64,000 nucleotides of DNA from Macrostomum lignano (taxonomy: Eukaryota): contig NIVC01000629.1 in NCBI GenBank assembly GCA_002269645.1, positions 124,001 to 188,000 on the forward strand, read 5' to 3'. Below, piece after piece: positions 58,447-64,000 of this stretch. Below the pieces are notes generated by a model. That model did not search any database. It saw only the letters and a list, made by a program, of their open reading frames with translations, and was not told where the DNA came from. Each line of letters starts with the position of its first letter. Within the stretch, counting starts at the first letter, position 1. The translations under genes were made by a program, and so were the position numbers.

Positions 58447-61400
58447 TTATTGCATCTTGCGCAAGTCCAGAATGACAACCTGAAACAGGTAAAAGGAAGG
58501 CGGGATGAAATATGGATCGGTCTCAGCCACAGTCCTACTACTTAGTTTGGCGGTCTCAGCTCAGTAAAAAGCATCTCAAACCCAAAGCCTCACCGTCCCG
58601 TCGGCAGCGCTGGCGCCCACCCGGTCGCCGCGGTGATTCCAGCAGACTTCAAAGATGCCGCCGGTGCCCTGATAACGGTGTACTAGGGAGCCCGTCTGCG
58701 GAGAAAATGCCGCTCATGTTTTATATGGTTTTATCAGGGAGCTTGGAGCTCAGCTGGACTGGAAGCGACCAATACTGGGAATCAGGGACCTCGGACCTCT
58801 CCTGGACTGGAAACGATCAATACTGGGAATCAGGGACCTCGGACTTTTCCTGGACTGGAAACGATCAATACTGGGAATCAGGGACCTCGGAACTCTCCTG
58901 GACTGGAAGCGATCAATACTGGGAATCAGGGACCTCTCCTGGACTGGAAACGATCAATACTGGGAATCAGGGACCTCGGACTTTTCCTGGACTGGAAACG
59001 ATCAATACTGGGAATCAGGGACCTCGGAACTCTCCTGGACTGGAAGCGACCAATACTGGGAATCAGGGACCTCGGACCTCTCCTGGACTGGAAGCGATCA
59101 ATACTGGGAATCAGGGACCCCTAAACTCGTCTCAATAAAGCACGAACCCTGACGCTCCAGATGTGCACGCATTTGTCGAAACTGCCGGAAGCCAGGTAGC
59201 GGCCGCAGGGCGAGAATGCCACGCTGTACACCGGCTCCCGGTGGTTGCTGAACACGTAGCAGCAGCGACCGGCCTCGATGTCCCACAGTCGGACTGTGGA
59301 GTCGAAACTGGCGCTGGGAATAATCGTGTGGATGCGATAATTGCACTACTGTCAATTCTTGAATAGTAGCGAGCAGAGAAATAAGCGGCTATTTTCGTCA
59401 CTGGCAAGCTAAACCGCGGTTCTACATACCTAGCCAGATAGAGATTAGCATTAGGATTCGAGGTGCTGTATCCTGTTGGACTCCACTTGATTGTATAAAT
59501 CTCTTTCTGGTGGGCCTTGAAGTCGTGCACCGGCTGGTTGGCCCTGCCGTCCATGGACCACAGTTTCAGGGTCATGTCGTCTGAGCAGGAGGCCAGCAGG
59601 CGGCCAACGGGGTCCCACTTGATAGCATTGACCTCGTTGGTGTGGCCCTGAAAGGTCTTGATCGGCCGGTCCTCACCGAGGCGGCACACCTGGATGGTCT
59701 GGTCGGTGGAGCAGCTGGCGAAGGTTGTGTCGCTCTGCCAGTCCACGTCAAGCGCCGGGGCTGTTGGAAGTGGCGACCGGCGTAATTAATTTCACATCTG
59801 TACCCTTGCATTCACTGACTTCTCAACCCTGAGTCTTGCATTTCCTCTGAATTATTACACCTGAGTCTCATTTCCTCTGAATTCTTACACCTGAGTCTCA
59901 TTTCCTCTGAATTCTTACACCTGAGTCTCATCTCTTCTGACTTTTCACACCTGAGTCTCATCTCTTCTGACTTTTCACACCTGAGTCTCAACTCCTACGA
60001 AATCCCACACCTTACTCATGCATTCCTCTCTCCGAAGTCTCGCACCTCACCAGCACCCCTACAACACTCATCAGACATCTCATTACCAGAGTGAAAAGCG
60101 AACTGCTTCTGTGCCTGGCCAGTGCTCGCATCCCAAATAATCGTGGTCTGAAAAAAAATGACAGAACCTATCGCTTAAAAATAAAGTTTGCAGTGGAGCA
60201 AAGAGAATAGAAATGACATCATCGGTTAGCGTCACCTTGTCAACGCCAGCGCTCAGAATGAGAGTGCCGGACTTGTTCCACTTCAGTGCAAATATCGGGC
60301 CCTTGTGCTGGCCAAGAGTGCGGGACAGCTGACCTGTGAGCAGATTGGCGGGCGACTGTTCAGCCAAATGCAGTAGTAGAGCTGCTAATAACAAAGGGCC
60401 AAACAGGAAATGCTATCAACCCCCCCCCCTCCCAAGTAAGAAGGCTGCGCAGCTCACCGTCAGTGGTCCAAAGTCTGGCGTAGCCGTCGTACGATCCAGT
60501 TGCTAGGCGACTGCCATCGCACTGCGGTATAGGAGGGCGCGAATTTCAAACAGAGAAATGCATTGCGATTTACGTAGGTGCAGGCACTAGATGGGGATTC
60601 CATGGGAGATATTCCCATGACCCAAAGCCACTAGATAGGGATTCCATGGGAGATATTCCCATGACCCAAAGCCACTAGATGGGGATTCCATGGGAGATAT
60701 TCCCATGACCCAAAGCTACTAGATGGGGATTCCATGGGAGATATTCCCATGACCCAAAGCCACTAGATGGGGATTCCATGGGAGATATTCCCATGACCCA
60801 AAGCCACTAGATGGGGATTCCATGGGAGATATTCCCATGACCCAAAGCCACTAGATAGGGATTCCATGGGAGATATTCCCATGACCCAAAGCCACTAGAT
60901 GGGGATTCCATGGGAGATATTCCCATGACCCAAAGCCACTAGATGGGGATTCCATGGGAGATATTCCCATGACCCAAAGCCACTAGATGGGGATTCCATG
61001 GGAGATATTCCCATGACCCAAAGCCACTAGATGGGGATTCCATGGGAGATATTCCCATGACCCAAAGCCACTAGATGGGGATTCCATGGGAGATATTCCC
61101 ATGACCCAAAGCCACTAGATGGGGATTCCATGGGAGATATTCCCATGACCCAAAGCCACTAGATGGGGATTCTATGGGAGATATTCCCATGACCCCAAGC
61201 CACTAGATGGGGATTCCATGGGAGATATTCCCATGACCCAAAGCCACTAGATGGGGATTCCATGGGAGATATTCCCATGACCCAAAGCCACTAGATGGGG
61301 ATTCCATGAGAGATATTCCCATGACCCCAAGCCACTAGATGGGGATTCCATGGGAGATATTCCCATGACCCAAAGCCACTAGATGGGGATTCCATGGGAG

Positions 61401-62783
61401 ATATTCCCATGACCCAAAGCCACTAGATGGGGATTCCATGGGAGATATTCCCATGACCCAAAGCCACTAGATGGGGATTCCATGGGAGATATTCCCATGA
61501 CCCAAAGCCACTAGATGGGGATTCCATGGGAGATATTCCCATGACCCAAAGCCACTAGATGGGGATTCCATGGGAGATATTCCCATGACCCAAAGCCACT
61601 AGATGGGGATTCCATGGGAGATATTCCCATGACCCAAAGCCACTAGATGGGGATTCCATGGGAGATATTCCCATGACCCCAAGCCACTAGATGGGGATTC
61701 CATGGGAGATATTCCCATGACCCAAAGCCACTAGATGGGGATTCCATAAGAGATATTCCCATGACCCAAAGCCACTAGATGGGGATTCCATGGGAGATAT
61801 TCCCATGACCCAAAGCCACTAGATGGGGATTCCATGGGAGATATTCCCATGACCCAAAGCCACTAGATGGGGATTCCATGGGAGATATTCCCATGACCCC
61901 AAGCCACTAGATGGGGATTCCATGGGAGATATTCCCATGACCCAAAGCCACTAGATGGGGATTCCATGGGAGATATTCCCATGACCCAAAGCCACTAGAT
62001 GGGGATTCCATGGGAGATATTCCCATGACCCAAAGCCACTAGATGGGGATTCCATGGGAGATATTCCCATGACCCAAAGCCACTAGATGGGGATTCCATG
62101 GGAGATATTCCCATGACCCCAAGCCACTAGATGGGGATTCCATGGGAGATATTCCCATGACCCAAAGCCACTAGATGGGGATTCCATAAGAGATATTCCC
62201 ATGACCCAAAGCCACTAGATGGGGATTCCATGGGAGATATTCCCATGACCCAAAGCCACTAGATGGGGATTCCATGGGAGATATTCCCATGACCCAAAGC
62301 CACTAGATGGAGATTCATGGGAGATATCCCAATGACACAAAGCCGCTAGATTTAACAGAAAAATCAGAAGCCCAGACTGACATTCCAATCGAGCGAGGTC
62401 ACGTCCTTGTTGCTGGGCACGTCCATGCCGCCCCGGCTGATGCAGTGCCGCAGCACCATCCGCCTGGACGAGTCGCCGGCAGCCACGGCGGCCAAATCAG
62501 TGGCGTCCCACAGCCGGGCAGTGGAGTCGCCGCTGCCAGACGCCAGCAGGTCCTGGCGGGGATTCCAGGCGCAGATGAACACCTCAGACTCGTGGCCCCG
62601 AAGCAGCGTGACGCGTTGAGCGGGGATGTCGAGAAAGTCGCCAGCAAGTTCGGCGCCGTTCTTGTCGCTATTGTGGCCGCTGTGAGCTCCGTGATGATGA
62701 TTGCTGCCGCCGCTGTTGCTGTTGCTATGGACCGCTGCACCATTCGTTTGCGGCTGCTGCTGCTGCTCTGACTGGGGCTCGGA
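58447..62783 (-). CDS. TBL1XR1: F-box-like/WD40 protein TBL1X/TBL1XR1 (Ebi), 3' part; 5' exons lie beyond the right edge
   Basis: Exons 62783-62382, 60521-60458, 60333-60236, 60147-60087, 59760-59430, 59313-59148, 58695-58594, 58479-58447 join in frame. Peptides: [70 protein letters not shown]. Confidence 0.95.
58740..59120. repeat. Intronic minisatellite, 48-bp unit (TBL1)
   Basis: GACTGGAAGCGATCAATACTGGGAATCAGGGACCTCGGACCTCTCCTG variants. Confidence 0.93.
59810..60050. repeat. Intronic minisatellite, 30-bp unit (TBL1)
   Basis: TTACACCTGAGTCTCATTTCCTCTGAATTC variants. Confidence 0.85.
60585..62350. repeat. Intronic minisatellite, 44-bp unit, highly homogeneous (TBL1)
   Basis: CACTAGATGGGGATTCCATGGGAGATATTCCCATGACCCAAAGC, about 40 copies. 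Confidence 0.97.
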
Positions 62784-62814
62784 CTGCGAGAACAGGGGTT
62801 GCGACTGGTTTGTC

Positions 62815-64000
62815 CTCACTCTGTCCCCTGTCTCACCCTGTCGCTGTCCCCTGTCTCACTCTGTCCCCTGACTCACTCTGTCCCCTGTTTCACCCTGTCT
62901 CACTCTGTCCCGTCTCACTCTGTCCCCTGTCTCACCCTGTCTCACTCTGTCCCCTGTCTCACCCTGTCTCACTGTCCCACCCTGTCTCACTGTCCCCTGT
63001 CTCACCCTGTCTCACTGTCCCCTGTCTCACTCTGTCCCCAGTCTCACCCTGTCTCACTGTCCCCTGTCTCACTCTGTCCCCTGTCTCACCCTGTCTCTGT
63101 CCCCTGTCTCACTCTGTCCCCTGACTCACTCTGTCCCCTGTCTCACCCTGTCCCCTGTCTCACCCTGTCCCCTGTCTCACCCTGTCTCACTGTCCCCTGT
63201 CTCACCCTGTCTCACTCTGTCCCCTGTCTCACCCTGTCTCTGTCCCCTGTCTCACTCTGTCCCCTGACTCACTCTGTCCCCTGTCTCACTCTGTCCCGTC
63301 TCACTCTGTCCCCTGTCTCACCCTGTCTCACTCTGTCCCGTCTCACTCTGTCCCCTGTCTCACTGTCCCCTGTCTCACTCTGTCCCCTGTCTCACCCTGT
63401 CTCACTCTGTCCCCTGTCTCACCCTGTCTCACTCTGTCCCCTGTCTCACCCTGTCTCACTGTCCCCTGTCTCACTCTGTCCCCTGACTCACTCTGTCCCC
63501 AGTCTCACCCTGTCTCACTCTGTCGCCTGTCTCACTGTCCCCTGTCTCACTCTGTCCCCTGTCTCACTCTGTCCCCTGTCTCACCCTGTCCTCTGTCTCA
63601 CCCTGTCTCACTGTCCCCTGTCTCACTCTGTCCCACTGTCCCATCTCACTCTGTCCCCTGTCTCACTCTGTCCTCTGTCTCACTCTGTCCCCTGTCTCAC
63701 TCTGTCCCCTGTCTCACCCTGTCCCCTGTCTCACTCTGTCCCCTGTCTCACTCTGTCCCGTCTCACCCTGTCTCACTGTCCCCTGTCTCACCCTGTCTCA
63801 CTCTGTCCCCTGTCTCACTCTGTCCCCTGTCTCACTCTGTCCCCTGTCTCACTCTGTCCCGTCTCACCCTGTCCCCTGTCTCACTCTGTCCCCTGTCTCA
63901 CCCTGTCTCACTCTGTCCCCTGTCTCACTCTGTCCCCTGTCTCACTCTGTCCCCTGTCTCACTCTGTCCCCTGTCTCACTCTGTCCCCTGTCTCACTCTG
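62815..64000. repeat. Intronic degenerate pyrimidine-rich ~18-bp repeat (TBL1), runs off the window edge
   Basis: CTGTCTCACTCTGTCCC(C) variants. Confidence 0.93.

Noticed and set aside
54147-62783. Convergent ACTL6 and TBL1, both chromatin regulators, as a functional cluster
   Set aside because: Two housekeeping genes in tail-to-tail orientation with no shared regulatory evidence; adjacency alone is uninformative.

Overview
Eukaryotic, intron-rich animal DNA. GC3-rich exons and minisatellite-filled introns suggest a free-living flatworm of the Macrostomum type (inference). Five conserved genes can be reconstructed exon by exon from splice sites and reading frame: DNAJC13/RME-8 (-, 5' ten coding exons, runs off the left edge), ADAM10/Kuzbanian (-, complete), MRPL11 (-, intronless), ACTL6/BAF53 (+, complete) and TBL1/Ebi (-, 3' seven exons). 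There is also an orphan ~1,180-aa class I SAM-methyltransferase-like gene with NLS-like and SIM-like motifs (+), and a small secreted-protein gene broken by a 1-nt frameshift. Most long introns look like ~100-bp introns inflated by one private minisatellite. Two blocks (~8.9-10.6 kb and ~30.4-45.1 kb) are AT-rich and almost CpG-free. The larger block is packed with transposon relics (mariner, MULE, Merlin, Sola-like, hAT MITE, a mini LTR element, a SINE) that show graded G:C->A:T decay, including CpA/TpG->TpA changes. The smaller block contains the real first coding exon of RME-8, whose codon usage has flipped to AT3. This regional, possibly RIP-like hypermutation and the orphan methyltransferase beside it are the strongest leads. 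All coordinates were read by hand; no database searches were run.
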